In this document: positions 37,323 to 47,422 of the stretch, piece after piece
Position numbering within the stretch: position 1 is the first letter of the stretch
Layout: each line of letters begins with the position of its first letter
DNA from: a virus
Virus record (IMG/VR): IMGVR_UViG_3300029787_005452
Location: 96,001-160,000 of that record
DNA length: 64,000 bases
Direction: 5' to 3' (one strand)
Position numbers and translations under genes: made by a program
The notes under the pieces: generated by a model
Database searches by the model: none
Seen by the model: the letters and a program-made list of their open reading frames with translations, nothing else
Told to the model about the DNA's origin: nothing

Positions 37323-38630
37323 ATGGCTAATAATTTATGGAGTTTAAAATTTGGTAAAGACAATACTATACCAGTTCTTATAAGAGCTGGAACTAATACC
37401 AACTCTGCTAATTTAAATTTACAAAATAACGAAGTTTATAGTAAATTAAATGGAGGAGATACACCATATATTCCTATTGATGTAAGGGAAGATTTTCAAT
37501 GGACGAAGAGTCCTAAAAGCTCTAGATTAGATGTTCCTTCATTATCTCTTAAAGAAAAACGTATTATTAAAAACAGTACAGTCACTAATCTAGCTTATTC
37601 AGTAAATGCAACAGCGGATTTAGCTAAAACTTTGTCAGATAAGATTTCTCAAGGGGATTTTATATTTTTTAATGAAGATGCTATTAAAGAAGGTTCAATA
37701 TTAGAAAGTACAACAAATTTAGTGAAGGGGGGCGCATCTACTATTTCAGATACTTTAGAAGCTACCCAGTCTTTAATTAACGAAAAATTATTAGGCACGC
37801 AAACATTTAAGAGTAGTGTTTTACAACCGTATAATGGGTTATATAGTATCGAAAGTACAGGTTTTCAATATATTCTACCATTTTTAAACAGTGAATATAG
37901 GAGTATGACTACTGCTATGGGAGAAGATCAAGAAAATATAATTAGTAATATAGCAGGAGCTGCTGCTGACGCAGCTTCACAAGTTGCTGGTACCGTATTT
38001 GCCCTAAGACCTGGTGTTTATATAGAAGAATCAAGACAATTTCAAATGTCTCAAGATGGTAGATCAGTAAATATAGTTTTACCCTTATTAAATACAGGTA
38101 GTTATGAGGATATATTGCAAAACTGGCAGCTAATATTTGGATTAACTTACCAGAACAGACCTGGTAGGATAACTAAAAATTTAGTTGATATACCTGTTAT
38201 ATATGAAGCTATAGTAGAAGATATACTTTTTATGCCTTATGCTTATATTTCAGAGTTATCAGTTAATTTTTTAGGTAATAGACGTACAATGGAAATAACA
38301 GTACCAGTAGAAGGTAGCGATAGTTCAAATAATTTAACATTAAATGCAACTATACCCGATGCTTATGAATTGAATTTAACGTTAAAAGGTTTAAATGAAG
38401 AAACGAGAAACTTTATATATGAAAGTATAAACCCGGGTGTAGTAAGAGCATCAGAAACTGGTGGAGACGTAACTCCTAGCGAAGCACCTATACCAGATGA
38501 TAGTAATACAAAAGCAGGTCCTACTAATTTTAGTTCTAGAAGTAACCCTGGAAGAAGATCAGTTAGAAATAAACCAACAGATCCTACTCCTAGACCGAAA
38601 CCTAAAAAAATTAAAAGGAGGAATAACTAA
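37323..38630 (+). CDS. Baseplate protein (possibly gp48-like)
   Basis: TAAATA(37311-37316)-N6-ATG; between tape measure and gp53; PYAYISELSVNFLG. Confidence 0.45.
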   Translation: MANNLWSLKFGKDNTIPVLIRAGTNTNSANLNLQNNEVYSKLNGGDTPYIPIDVREDFQWTKSPKSSRLDVPSLSLKEKRIIKNSTVTNLAYSVNATADLAKTLSDKISQGDFIFFNEDAIKEGSILESTTNLVKGGASTISDTLEATQSLINEKLLGTQTFKSSVLQPYNGLYSIESTGFQYILPFLNSEYRSMTTAMGEDQENIISNIAGAAADAASQVAGTVFALRPGVYIEESRQFQMSQDGRSVNIVLPLLNTGSYEDILQNWQLIFGLTYQNRPGRITKNLVDIPVIYEAIVEDILFMPYAYISELSVNFLGNRRTMEITVPVEGSDSSNNLTLNATIPDAYELNLTLKGLNEETRNFIYESINPGVVRASETGGDVTPSEAPIPDDSNTKAGPTNFSSRSNPGRRSVRNKPTDPTPRPKPKKIKRRNN

Positions 38631-39013
38631 TGGAAGGAAAATTTCAAAATAACATTAATGAGTTACCAGAACTAGAAACGTATAGGTATGAAAATATATT
38701 TAAAGTTTACGAGACTAAAGATTTAGGCATATCAGGCAATGAAAACTTTTTTATGTATAATATAGTTAAAAAAATACATATACCTGATAATCTTGATAAT
38801 TCATTTTTTGATTTTTTTACTTTAAATAAAAATCTACCTTTAACTACAATATCATACCAGATTTATAGTACGACTTATCTTTGGTGGCTTATTATGTTGG
38901 TAAACAAGATATTAAACCCGTATAAAAACTTACCAGTGGGTCAAAAAATTAGATATATAAAGCCTGAGTATGTAAAAATAGTTATAGATGCAATCACTAA
39001 ACAGCTACAATGA
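38630..39013 (+). CDS. gp53: Baseplate wedge protein gp53 (LysM-like)
   Basis: TTISYQIYSTTYLWWLIMLVNKILNP. Confidence 0.8.
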   Translation: MEGKFQNNINELPELETYRYENIFKVYETKDLGISGNENFFMYNIVKKIHIPDNLDNSFFDFFTLNKNLPLTTISYQIYSTTYLWWLIMLVNKILNPYKNLPVGQKIRYIKPEYVKIVIDAITKQLQ

Positions 39014-40578
39014 GATACAAATTTTTAGAGGGATTTATATATGATGATAAGAAAAAGTTTTTATATGTAGTAGATCAACAAAACTATATTTTTAAAACTT
39101 TATTATTTAACCCCGATAGCAATGTATCGGTTCTAGCAAAGTCGTCTATTAGAAATATCACTATCACAGATAACATAATGAACCCCTTTACAAAGGGGTC
39201 GTTAACCATTTTAAATAATGGTGAATCGTTAGAAAGGTTAGCTACCCCTAAAAACGTTAAAGAGTTTGATGCTAATTCCGACCTACTAAAAGGATATACA
39301 TATAGAGGAGATGGACGAGATTTATTTTATTTGGAAATTGTACCGGTAGAAAATGTTGATGAAAGTTTTGGTAAACTAGGCAATAAATTTAACGACACTT
39401 TTTCCTTAAAAAATGTCTTTGCATTAGTTAATGATGAGCAATTATTTGATGGTACTGATGAATTGAAAAGATTTGATTTCATAGATTTTGATGAAAAATT
39501 ATTAAAAGAAAAAAATATATTTTTCTCTACAACAAAATTACTAAAAACTGATACCCCTATAGAATTATTATCTAATACAGGTAGGGAGGTACCTACTGGC
39601 GAGTGTTTAAAATTAATTTTAAAAGATGGGTTGTTTCAAAATGATATAAATGAAATAATAAAAACTGAAAACGGAGAAACCCCTGATTTTGACTCCGGAG
39701 CTAGTAAAATATTCTATACTTCACCTTCTAGTAATACTGCTTATGAAGATTTAATGTATATTTACGATAAACATACTACCGATAAAACTGGTCAAGATTT
39801 TTCATTTCTAAAAAAGAGGTACTATGATGGGCAGTATGAACTAAAAAGTGTAAAAGAAAAATTTGATGAAGCTTTTAATAAAAGCGACGATACTGCTGGT
39901 AAATTAAATATGGAAAAACTTGTTATAACAGGTGGCGCTGGTACCGGTGAAAATGTAGTTCAAAGTAGTAAAAAATCTCCATCTACTATTGCATATTTCG
40001 GAGAAAAGGGAAATGTTATTGATTATAAATTTTTTAATGTTAATGCAAATATTAGCAGCAAAAAAAATAATACTAAAATTGTACATTCATATAGCCCCGG
40101 CGATAAGGCATTTAATTTAGAGCAAAAAGATAGTAATATAATTTCAGCTAAAAATACTTTTGATGAAAATTATGTAAGTAACATGAAAGGTTATAATAAT
40201 TCCCCTTCACCAAGTGTAGTATTAAATTCATCTAAAACTACTAATTTATCTTACGAAAATGTCTTTTCTTTATATAGTGGGGATGAATTTATTAGAAAAT
40301 CCAGCGGAATTAATAAACTATTGAAAAACTTATTATTAACTAATATTGGTGTAGAGCTTACATTGAAAGGTCAAATGTTTAGAAAAGCTGGTAATTTTTT
40401 TACTTTAGATAGAAGTGAAAATTATGTTGAAAATAATTTTGATGATAAACTATTAGGTATATATTTTATAGTAGAAGTTACTCACACTTTTAACAGTGAT
40501 AACACATACAATAATAAAATATTTGCAGTAAAAACATATAACTTTAAAGATTTAAAATATAAGGAAAATATACTATGA
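39010..40578 (+). CDS. Baseplate hub protein (gp27/gpD-like)
   Basis: ITITDNIMNPFTKGSLTI; C-terminal LTLKGQMFRKAG...LLGIYFIVEVTHTF. Confidence 0.65.
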   Translation: MRYKFLEGFIYDDKKKFLYVVDQQNYIFKTLLFNPDSNVSVLAKSSIRNITITDNIMNPFTKGSLTILNNGESLERLATPKNVKEFDANSDLLKGYTYRGDGRDLFYLEIVPVENVDESFGKLGNKFNDTFSLKNVFALVNDEQLFDGTDELKRFDFIDFDEKLLKEKNIFFSTTKLLKTDTPIELLSNTGREVPTGECLKLILKDGLFQNDINEIIKTENGETPDFDSGASKIFYTSPSSNTAYEDLMYIYDKHTTDKTGQDFSFLKKRYYDGQYELKSVKEKFDEAFNKSDDTAGKLNMEKLVITGGAGTGENVVQSSKKSPSTIAYFGEKGNVIDYKFFNVNANISSKKNNTKIVHSYSPGDKAFNLEQKDSNIISAKNTFDENYVSNMKGYNNSPSPSVVLNSSKTTNLSYENVFSLYSGDEFIRKSSGINKLLKNLLLTNIGVELTLKGQMFRKAGNFFTLDRSENYVENNFDDKLLGIYFIVEVTHTFNSDNTYNNKIFAVKTYNFKDLKYKENIL

Positions 40579-41435
40579 GTTACGAATTATCATTATTACC
40601 AAGTTACCTTGATACAGTTATTTTACAGAAAACTGATTATTATAAAAATAATACTAATTTATTAGAATTATTTGATGATTTTATTGATATGTTGAAACTT
40701 AATATAGATTATGAAAAAGGTAAATCTTCGGGTGATTTTATTAAAGATATATCTGGTATATATGAAAAATTAAACAATAATAAATTTATTATAGATGGTT
40801 ATGAAATAGATATTCAAAATAAAAATTATTATATCGAAAAATATCAATCATTAGCATCTAATTTTAAAAATGTAATAGAAAAAATATTAGGTAATAAAAA
40901 TATTTACTTTAAAAAATTATCTGATGATGTTGGGACTTTATTAGATACAAATACAATATTTGATGATTCTATATGCCCATTTTTCGATATATTTTATAAT
41001 GAATCTAAAAATATTCCCACAAATATACCCAATACCGTTTTTAATAAGGTATCATTGCAGAATAAAAAACTTCAAAAAAACTTTTCATTATTAAATGATG
41101 CAGTATTAAAAAATAATTTAAAAGATATAGCAAATTATACAGAAACCACAATTACTAAAACTTCACACGGAAGCAATTTAGTAACAGATTATGACTATTA
41201 TGAAAGATTATTATCATTTTCAGAAGAAATAAGACAATCAATTTTTATTGATTTAACTGCAGATTTAGGTGAATACATATACTTTTTAAAAAATTTAAAT
41301 ATTAGAAATCAAAGTAATAATGAAGCAATATTATTGCAATTTAAAAGTACTTTAGAGGGTGTAGAAGAAAATTTGGATATATTAAAAAATCAAATAGTAA
41401 GTAAAGCCTATAAAGATAATACTATTTTAAATTAA
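40575..41435 (+). CDS. Hypothetical protein
   Basis: 286 aa, ATGA-coupled to hub gene. Confidence 0.55.
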   Translation: MSYELSLLPSYLDTVILQKTDYYKNNTNLLELFDDFIDMLKLNIDYEKGKSSGDFIKDISGIYEKLNNNKFIIDGYEIDIQNKNYYIEKYQSLASNFKNVIEKILGNKNIYFKKLSDDVGTLLDTNTIFDDSICPFFDIFYNESKNIPTNIPNTVFNKVSLQNKKLQKNFSLLNDAVLKNNLKDIANYTETTITKTSHGSNLVTDYDYYERLLSFSEEIRQSIFIDLTADLGEYIYFLKNLNIRNQSNNEAILLQFKSTLEGVEENLDILKNQIVSKAYKDNTILN

Positions 41436-41881
41436 TTATCTATTTCTATTACCTTAGCATCATCTATAAGTTGCTTTAGTAATTCTTCTCTATTAATAGT
41501 TAACCCTAAACGTTTTTCATTTTCTTGAGCTAGCTCTTTTTTACTATCAATATCCATTTGTTTTATTTCTTTTCTGCTATCATTTTGTTTATTGGATATT
41601 AATATTTTATTTAAGCTTTCAATAGCTGATGCTGATGCACCTACCAATTTACTTAAAGCTTCGACATCTCTAGCATCAGGAGCCGATGTAATAAATTGCT
41701 TTACATCTTCTACATAATCTACACTATCTTTAATTAGCTTACCTGAGTATTTTAATAAAAAATCTTCTAACTTATCTTTATCTAAGTTAAATTCATTTTT
41801 TTCCACTTCTTTGGCAGCTAAATTAGTCCCTTTTAATTGAGAAAGTAAATCATCTACAACTATATCAACATCATCATCCAT
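41432..41881 (-). CDS. Probable terminase small subunit (gp16-like)
   Basis: ARDVEALSKLV...LNKIL and C-terminal INREELLKQL resemble T4-like gp16; TAAATA(41889-41894)-N7-ATG. Confidence 0.5.
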   Translation of the reverse strand: MDDDVDIVVDDLLSQLKGTNLAAKEVEKNEFNLDKDKLEDFLLKYSGKLIKDSVDYVEDVKQFITSAPDARDVEALSKLVGASASAIESLNKILISNKQNDSRKEIKQMDIDSKKELAQENEKRLGLTINREELLKQLIDDAKVIEIDN

Positions 41882-41903
41882 ATAAAAATATTTATTAATA
41901 AAG

Positions 41904-41931
41904 TTGAATAACTAAACTAATACAGTATAAT
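41904..41931 (+). promoter_or_regulatory. sigma70-type promoter for dUTPase
   Basis: TTGAAT-N16-TATAAT-N6-ATG(41938). Confidence 0.75.
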
Positions 41932-41937
41932 AGTTAT

Positions 41938-42399
41938 ATGGATAATGTTAAAATTAAATTTATAAAGACGCATGAAGATGCTATTTTACCTACCAAAGCA
42001 CACGATGGTGATAATTGTTTTGACTTATATGCGGTAGAAGATACTGAAGTACCAGGAAGTAGTTCATGGATAGGAGATGTAAAAATTGGTAATGCAATAG
42101 TGCCTGTTGGTATTACAGTAGCAGATATTACAACAGGGTTCGGCTTTGTATTAAGACCTAAATCAGGGTTAGGTTTTAAAGCAGGTTTACAACCTCATTT
42201 AGGTGAAATAGATAATGGATATCGTGGAGACTGTGCGGTAAAAATGTATAATTTTTCTAGTAAAGACTATACTTTTAAGAAAGGTGATAAAGTAGCTCAA
42301 ATTAAGATAGAAAAAATTTATGATACATCTGTTGAATGGACCGGTAAGTTAACAAAAGCTGAACGAGGGGATGCAGGTTTCGGTTCATCTGGTAAATAG
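41938..42399 (+). CDS. dut: Trimeric dUTPase
   Basis: FDLYA, RPKSGLG, GEIDNGYRGD, GDKVAQ, ERGDAGFGSSG. Confidence 0.92.
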   Translation: MDNVKIKFIKTHEDAILPTKAHDGDNCFDLYAVEDTEVPGSSSWIGDVKIGNAIVPVGITVADITTGFGFVLRPKSGLGFKAGLQPHLGEIDNGYRGDCAVKMYNFSSKDYTFKKGDKVAQIKIEKIYDTSVEWTGKLTKAERGDAGFGSSGK

Positions 42400-42419
42400 G
42401 AACTTTGATATAATAGATT

Positions 42420-42527
42420 ATGGGGAAAGTAACAAGACAAAAGATAACCGAAAGAAAAGTAGGTAATGCGAAGGTGAGAAAGACGGTAACTGTAACAGTT
42501 ACAAAGCCATCAAAAAGAAAAAAATAA
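42420..42527 (+). CDS. Small, very basic 35-aa protein absent from the ORF track
   Basis: MGKVTRQKITERKVGNAKVRKTVTVTVTKPSKRKK*; TATAAT(42409-42414)-N5-ATG; TAATG overlap with gp44. Confidence 0.6.
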   Translation: MGKVTRQKITERKVGNAKVRKTVTVTVTKPSKRKK

Positions 42528-43441
42528 TGTTTAATAACTTATACGTAGAAAAGTATAGACCTAAAACGTTATCAGATTTGGTATTATCTGACAGTAATAG
42601 AAAGTATTTTGAATCTATTACTGAAGAAATACCAAATCTGCTTTTTGTTGGTACCCCAGGGTTAGGTAAAACTACATTAGCTAGAATATTAGTAAATGAT
42701 ATATTAGAGTGTCAATATCTGTATATCAATGCTTCAGATGAAAATGGTATAGATACCATACGCTCCAAGGTAGTTGGCTTTAGTCAGACTAAGTCTCTCG
42801 ATGGGAAACATAAAGTAGTCATATTAGATGAGGCTGATGGTATCACCATTGACGGGCAGCGCGCACTACGTAATACGATGGAGGAATATAGTAGTATGAC
42901 TCGGTTTATTTTAACTGCTAATTATAAGCATAAAATTATACCTGCTGTTCAAAGTAGAACTCAATTCTTTGATTTGACACCCCCGTTTGACGATGTAGTT
43001 AAGCGTGTTATTGATATTGTAAAGCAGGAAGGTATTAAGATTGAAACTGATCAAAAACCTAATTTTGTAAATGTTATTAAGCAAAGTTATCCTGATATTC
43101 GTAAGGTACTAAATAGTATTCAAAAAGCTACTATAGGTAATATCTTTACGGTAGATCATAGCGTTGATAGTAAAGAGATAGTTAACGTTATACACAAGCA
43201 TATTGTATCTAAAGATTCTTTAAAGCTAAGAAAGTATCTAATTGAAAACGAAAACGAGTTTCAAGGTGATTACCATAACTTAATGAAGCAATATTTAAAT
43301 TATGTTTATACTTCTAGTTTAGATGACAATAAAAAACGTCAATATATAGTGACTATTTCAGATCACATGTATAAAGACGTATTTGTATTAGATAAAGAAA
43401 TTAATGCTTTTGCATGCTGGGTTAATCTTGAGAAGATTTAA
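42527..43441 (+). CDS. gp44: Clamp loader AAA+ subunit (gp44/RFC small)
   Basis: EKYRPKTL, GTPGLGKTT, INASDENGID, ILDEAD, QRALR, SRT, PDIRK. Confidence 0.95.
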   Translation: MFNNLYVEKYRPKTLSDLVLSDSNRKYFESITEEIPNLLFVGTPGLGKTTLARILVNDILECQYLYINASDENGIDTIRSKVVGFSQTKSLDGKHKVVILDEADGITIDGQRALRNTMEEYSSMTRFILTANYKHKIIPAVQSRTQFFDLTPPFDDVVKRVIDIVKQEGIKIETDQKPNFVNVIKQSYPDIRKVLNSIQKATIGNIFTVDHSVDSKEIVNVIHKHIVSKDSLKLRKYLIENENEFQGDYHNLMKQYLNYVYTSSLDDNKKRQYIVTISDHMYKDVFVLDKEINAFACWVNLEKI

Positions 43442-44019
43442 CCATTAATTGGCATATACTGAGAAGTATAATTTTCATTAACTGCAGGTGATTTAGTCGC
43501 TGGGGATGAAGGGATCTTAGTATTCTGGGTTGGGTTAGACATTTCAGTCTTTTTTAAACTATCACCTTGCTGGGTCATTGTTTGCTGTTGTTCTTCATTT
43601 TCTTCAGCTTCAACTGGATCAATTTGAACTTTATTATCATATTTTTGCGAACCCGGTACAGGGTGTCTATTAATACCTAAATCAATAGGCTCTAACATGT
43701 CACTTGTAACTGTAACTTGACCTTGAGTATCTGATAACCCGTTAGCTAATTCCCTAGCAACTGTGATATAGAAAAAATTTCCTCTATTATCACTATTATT
43801 AGGGGCATCCGTAGGGTATTCAGTAGATACATTTTTTATAAGATAATTACTGTCTGAATCAAAATAATCGTCGATATATTTTTGCTGTTCTTTATTTTGA
43901 TTTTTGTAACCTTCTTTGGATTTATAATTACTAGCTAATTTTACCAATCCCCCAGTTTGAAATCCACTATTCATCTTAGCAGATATCTGCTCTATTAAAT
44001 TTAAGAATTTTTTTGCCAT
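43438..44019 (-). CDS. Late protein, candidate internal head protein
   Basis: TATAAATA(44025-44032)-N5-ATG; MAKKFLNLIE; ends VNENYTSQYM. Confidence 0.6.
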   Translation of the reverse strand: MAKKFLNLIEQISAKMNSGFQTGGLVKLASNYKSKEGYKNQNKEQQKYIDDYFDSDSNYLIKNVSTEYPTDAPNNSDNRGNFFYITVARELANGLSDTQGQVTVTSDMLEPIDLGINRHPVPGSQKYDNKVQIDPVEAEENEEQQQTMTQQGDSLKKTEMSNPTQNTKIPSSPATKSPAVNENYTSQYMPING

Positions 44020-44068
44020 AATAATATTTATATTTAATCAACTAACTATCTATAATTAAATATTTAAA

Positions 44069-44545
44069 ATGGCTAAATTAAATTTAGATATATTAAAAGG
44101 TTCAAATAAACCAGATGAAAAAATCTTTAGTGATTTAAGATTAGATCTTGTTATAGGTGAATTGAAAAGGAATGAAGCTTTACCCAATAAACAAAATGTT
44201 GATATAGAATCGTCAGATAATTTAGCTGCAATAAGAAACTCTATTATAAGTATAATTACTACATCTCCAGGGGAAAAAATTCTAAACCCGACATTTGGTC
44301 TTAATTTTGGAGATTTATTATTTCTACCTGTTTCTAAAGTACGTGCGCAAAATATAGGTGAAATAATAGTTAATGGTGTAGAAAAATTTGAACCACGTAT
44401 AACTATTACGAGCCTAAATGTTACAGCTAATATATCTGAACAAGAATATAATATTGATATAGTATATATTGTACCAAGATTCCCGAACCAAAGTCTTAAT
44501 TTAACTGGTTCAATTAACAAATCAGATTTTACATTTTTTAATTAA
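44069..44545 (+). CDS. gp25: Baseplate wedge / sheath initiator gp25
   Basis: TAAATA(44057-44062)-N6-ATG; AIRNSIISIITTSPGEKILNPTFG, EKFEPRI. Confidence 0.9.
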   Translation: MAKLNLDILKGSNKPDEKIFSDLRLDLVIGELKRNEALPNKQNVDIESSDNLAAIRNSIISIITTSPGEKILNPTFGLNFGDLLFLPVSKVRAQNIGEIIVNGVEKFEPRITITSLNVTANISEQEYNIDIVYIVPRFPNQSLNLTGSINKSDFTFFN

Positions 44546-44553
44546 ATATTTTT

Positions 44554-46386
44554 ATGGCAAACGAAAACCTCACAGATTTCACTCTTTCTAAAAAAAGTTA
44601 TGCTTCATTTGACGCATTAACGTTAAAACAGCTAATAAAAGATAGGTTAAACGAAGAAGGAGTATTTACCGATCAAATATTTGAAGGTAGTAATATATCT
44701 TCAATTATTGATATAATTGCTTATTCATACCATACTTTACTATTTTATCTCAATCAATCATCAAATGAAACTTTATTTAATGAAGCTTCTATATATGAAA
44801 ATATGAATAGAATAGTTAAACTTATAGATTACAAACCTATAGGTTATCAGACATCATTATTACCGTTTAAAGTTTCAGCAAATGCAAATATTGATAGAAA
44901 TTTATACACATTAAAAAGATATTCATTTTTTATAGTTAATGGAACTTATTTTTCATTTAAAAATGATATAACTTTTAATAAAACTTTAACAATAGATGAA
45001 GAATTAAAATCATTTTCAGAGGATAATTTACTTTTACAGGGTAGGTATTTTGAATACCCACCACAAAGGGCTATAGGGGAAGATTTTGAAATATTTACCC
45101 TTCTTGTTAAAGATAATATTAATAATGAACCTATCAATATAGAAGATAGTTCAATAGACGTATATGTGTTTGATGTTAAAAATGGTCAATACACTTATTA
45201 TACTGAAACAAATAATCTATTTTTAGAAAACCCCACTTCACCGGTTTATGAAAAAAGATTAAATGAAAATGGTTTTTATGAAATTAAATTTGGTAATGGG
45301 GTCTTTGGTAAAAAAGTTGCACCTGGTGATCAAGTTTATATATATTATCTAAAAAGTGACGGTGAAAATGGGGTAATAGAAGCTAATGCATTAAATGGTA
45401 AAACTATAAATTATTTTACATCAGTTCAATTTGAAAGCATTGGTAAAGATATATATAAAGATAAAAACTACGAATTTTTAACACCTGATAAATTACAAGA
45501 CTTAGCATTTACCAATACGATTGAATCAACCTTTCCTAAAGAAAAAGAAAGCGTTGAAGAAATACAAGTAAATGCGCCGAAATTATTTACTGCGCAAGAT
45601 AGACTTGTAACTAATGATGATTTCAATAGTTTTATTACAAAGAATTTTTCAAATATATTAGATTCATATAACGTTGTAAATAACAAAACATTCATACAAA
45701 GATATATTCAATATTTTTATGATTTAGGTCTTGATACCCCTAATGAAGATCCTAGATTTTTATTTAACCAAGTTAAATTTTCATCATCAGCTGAATTAAA
45801 CAATATATACCTTTTTGCTGTACCAAAAATTCGAAATGTAGATGAAAATAACACTTTATCTTTCTTAACGTTATCTCAAAAAAATTCTATTATAAATTCT
45901 TTAGAAGATAAGAAATTAGTTACAATGGAAATAATTCCACAAGACCCTGTTTATATGGGGTTCAATTTAGGTCTAGAAAAAAACAATACTGAAAAAATAA
46001 GTACAGATTTTATAGATGATACTTTCCTTGTACTAAAAAGAAAAATTTCAGAAAGAGTAAGTGAAGAAAGTCTAAAACAGCAAACAGATTTAATTTTTAA
46101 AAATTACTTTAAATCTTTAAAACTAGGTGACACAATAAGTTTAAATGAATTAAAAGTTTCAATACTAAGTTTAGATGGTATTGATCGTATTTTTACCCGA
46201 AGAATAAATCCATTAGATGGTACAACTTTAAATGAAACCCCAAATATATCATTAGTAGGGTTTAATGCTATATATTCTGATTTAGATATAAAAATTTATT
46301 CAAATGATACAGAATTGGACTTTTTCAAATATCCATTCTTATTTAACGGTAACATACGAAATAATATAATAGTAGAAGATGCCTGA
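44554..46386 (+). CDS. gp6: Baseplate wedge protein gp6
   Basis: TAAATA(44543-44548)-N5-ATG; FDALTLK, FEGSNISSIIDIIAY, EIKFGNGVFGK, AQDRLVTNDDF. Confidence 0.88.
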   Translation: MANENLTDFTLSKKSYASFDALTLKQLIKDRLNEEGVFTDQIFEGSNISSIIDIIAYSYHTLLFYLNQSSNETLFNEASIYENMNRIVKLIDYKPIGYQTSLLPFKVSANANIDRNLYTLKRYSFFIVNGTYFSFKNDITFNKTLTIDEELKSFSEDNLLLQGRYFEYPPQRAIGEDFEIFTLLVKDNINNEPINIEDSSIDVYVFDVKNGQYTYYTETNNLFLENPTSPVYEKRLNENGFYEIKFGNGVFGKKVAPGDQVYIYYLKSDGENGVIEANALNGKTINYFTSVQFESIGKDIYKDKNYEFLTPDKLQDLAFTNTIESTFPKEKESVEEIQVNAPKLFTAQDRLVTNDDFNSFITKNFSNILDSYNVVNNKTFIQRYIQYFYDLGLDTPNEDPRFLFNQVKFSSSAELNNIYLFAVPKIRNVDENNTLSFLTLSQKNSIINSLEDKKLVTMEIIPQDPVYMGFNLGLEKNNTEKISTDFIDDTFLVLKRKISERVSEESLKQQTDLIFKNYFKSLKLGDTISLNELKVSILSLDGIDRIFTRRINPLDGTTLNETPNISLVGFNAIYSDLDIKIYSNDTELDFFKYPFLFNGNIRNNIIVEDA

Positions 46387-47371
46387 TATTAAATACAATT
46401 TTGACAAAAGTTATGATAATTTATCGAAAATTAGCGTACCAATAAAAGTTTTAGATCATTCATTTAGACGATTTTTAGATAATGTAAAACTATCAGCATA
46501 TGCGGATTTTACTTCAATTAAAGTTGCTCCAGACTTTGATAATGCTGACCTTTCGGTAAGTGATAATAATTACTTTATTGATTTTGGAGATGGTACTAAA
46601 TCAACTGAATTAACAGCATCCCACACTTATAAATATCCAGGCTCTTACAATTTAACTTTAGTTGTAACTGATAGTGCTAATAATATTTTTAAAAGTTCAG
46701 ATAGCAAATTAGTTGAAGTTACTAACTTAATACCAGATAGTATATTTTTAAATTATCTATCAGCAACTGATGTTGAGCAACATTATTCAGCTTTTAGCGT
46801 AGACCCTATATTTTTAACTCGATACAACTCTAAAAGTATGTCACAATTATTATCTACTAATAATTATAAAATAGACTTATCAGTCGAGGGTAATAGAATG
46901 GCTTTTGTTACCGAAGATCAATATAATAGTAATAAAAATTTTCATCTTGAAGGCTGTAGTTTTTTTGCAAATACTAGGGGTAAAGATTTTAAGGTAATTG
47001 ATGGAGTTGAAACTAATAGTGTTAATATATTTGCTGGTATTAGTGGTGGTGAAATAATTATTAAAACTGAAAAAGCAGATGATATCTCTAATATATTTGT
47101 TGGTACATCTGGCTTTGGTACTTTTTACTATTATGAAGATATATTAGAATTCGATGCAGATAGTGACATAAATAGTATTTTTATCAACGTACCAGTAGAC
47201 CCACCACCGTTCGAATTTGTACCAGACCCTGAGATTGTTCGTTTACCACCAGAAGTCGTTTCCCTACCGGTTGATCCTACATCAGATGACGATGGCCGTG
47301 TCCTTTTAGTAGATTCTGAAAACGAGTTTGTGGTAGATGATTCAGGAGATAATATAGAAATTAATGAATAA
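46379..47371 (+). CDS. PKD-domain structural protein
   Basis: IDFGDGTKSTELTASHTYKYPGSYNLTLVVTD; Pro-rich linker near C-terminus. Confidence 0.75.
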   Translation: MPDIKYNFDKSYDNLSKISVPIKVLDHSFRRFLDNVKLSAYADFTSIKVAPDFDNADLSVSDNNYFIDFGDGTKSTELTASHTYKYPGSYNLTLVVTDSANNIFKSSDSKLVEVTNLIPDSIFLNYLSATDVEQHYSAFSVDPIFLTRYNSKSMSQLLSTNNYKIDLSVEGNRMAFVTEDQYNSNKNFHLEGCSFFANTRGKDFKVIDGVETNSVNIFAGISGGEIIIKTEKADDISNIFVGTSGFGTFYYYEDILEFDADSDINSIFINVPVDPPPFEFVPDPEIVRLPPEVVSLPVDPTSDDDGRVLLVDSENEFVVDDSGDNIEINE

Positions 47372-47388
47372 TATTATTATATAGAATC

Positions 47389-47416
47389 TTGATATAATAT
47401 ATTTTTGCTATATAAT
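47389..47416 (+). promoter_or_regulatory. sigma70-type promoter
   Basis: TTGATA-N16-TATAAT-N6-ATG(47423). Confidence 0.75.
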
Positions 47417-47422
47417 AACAAT

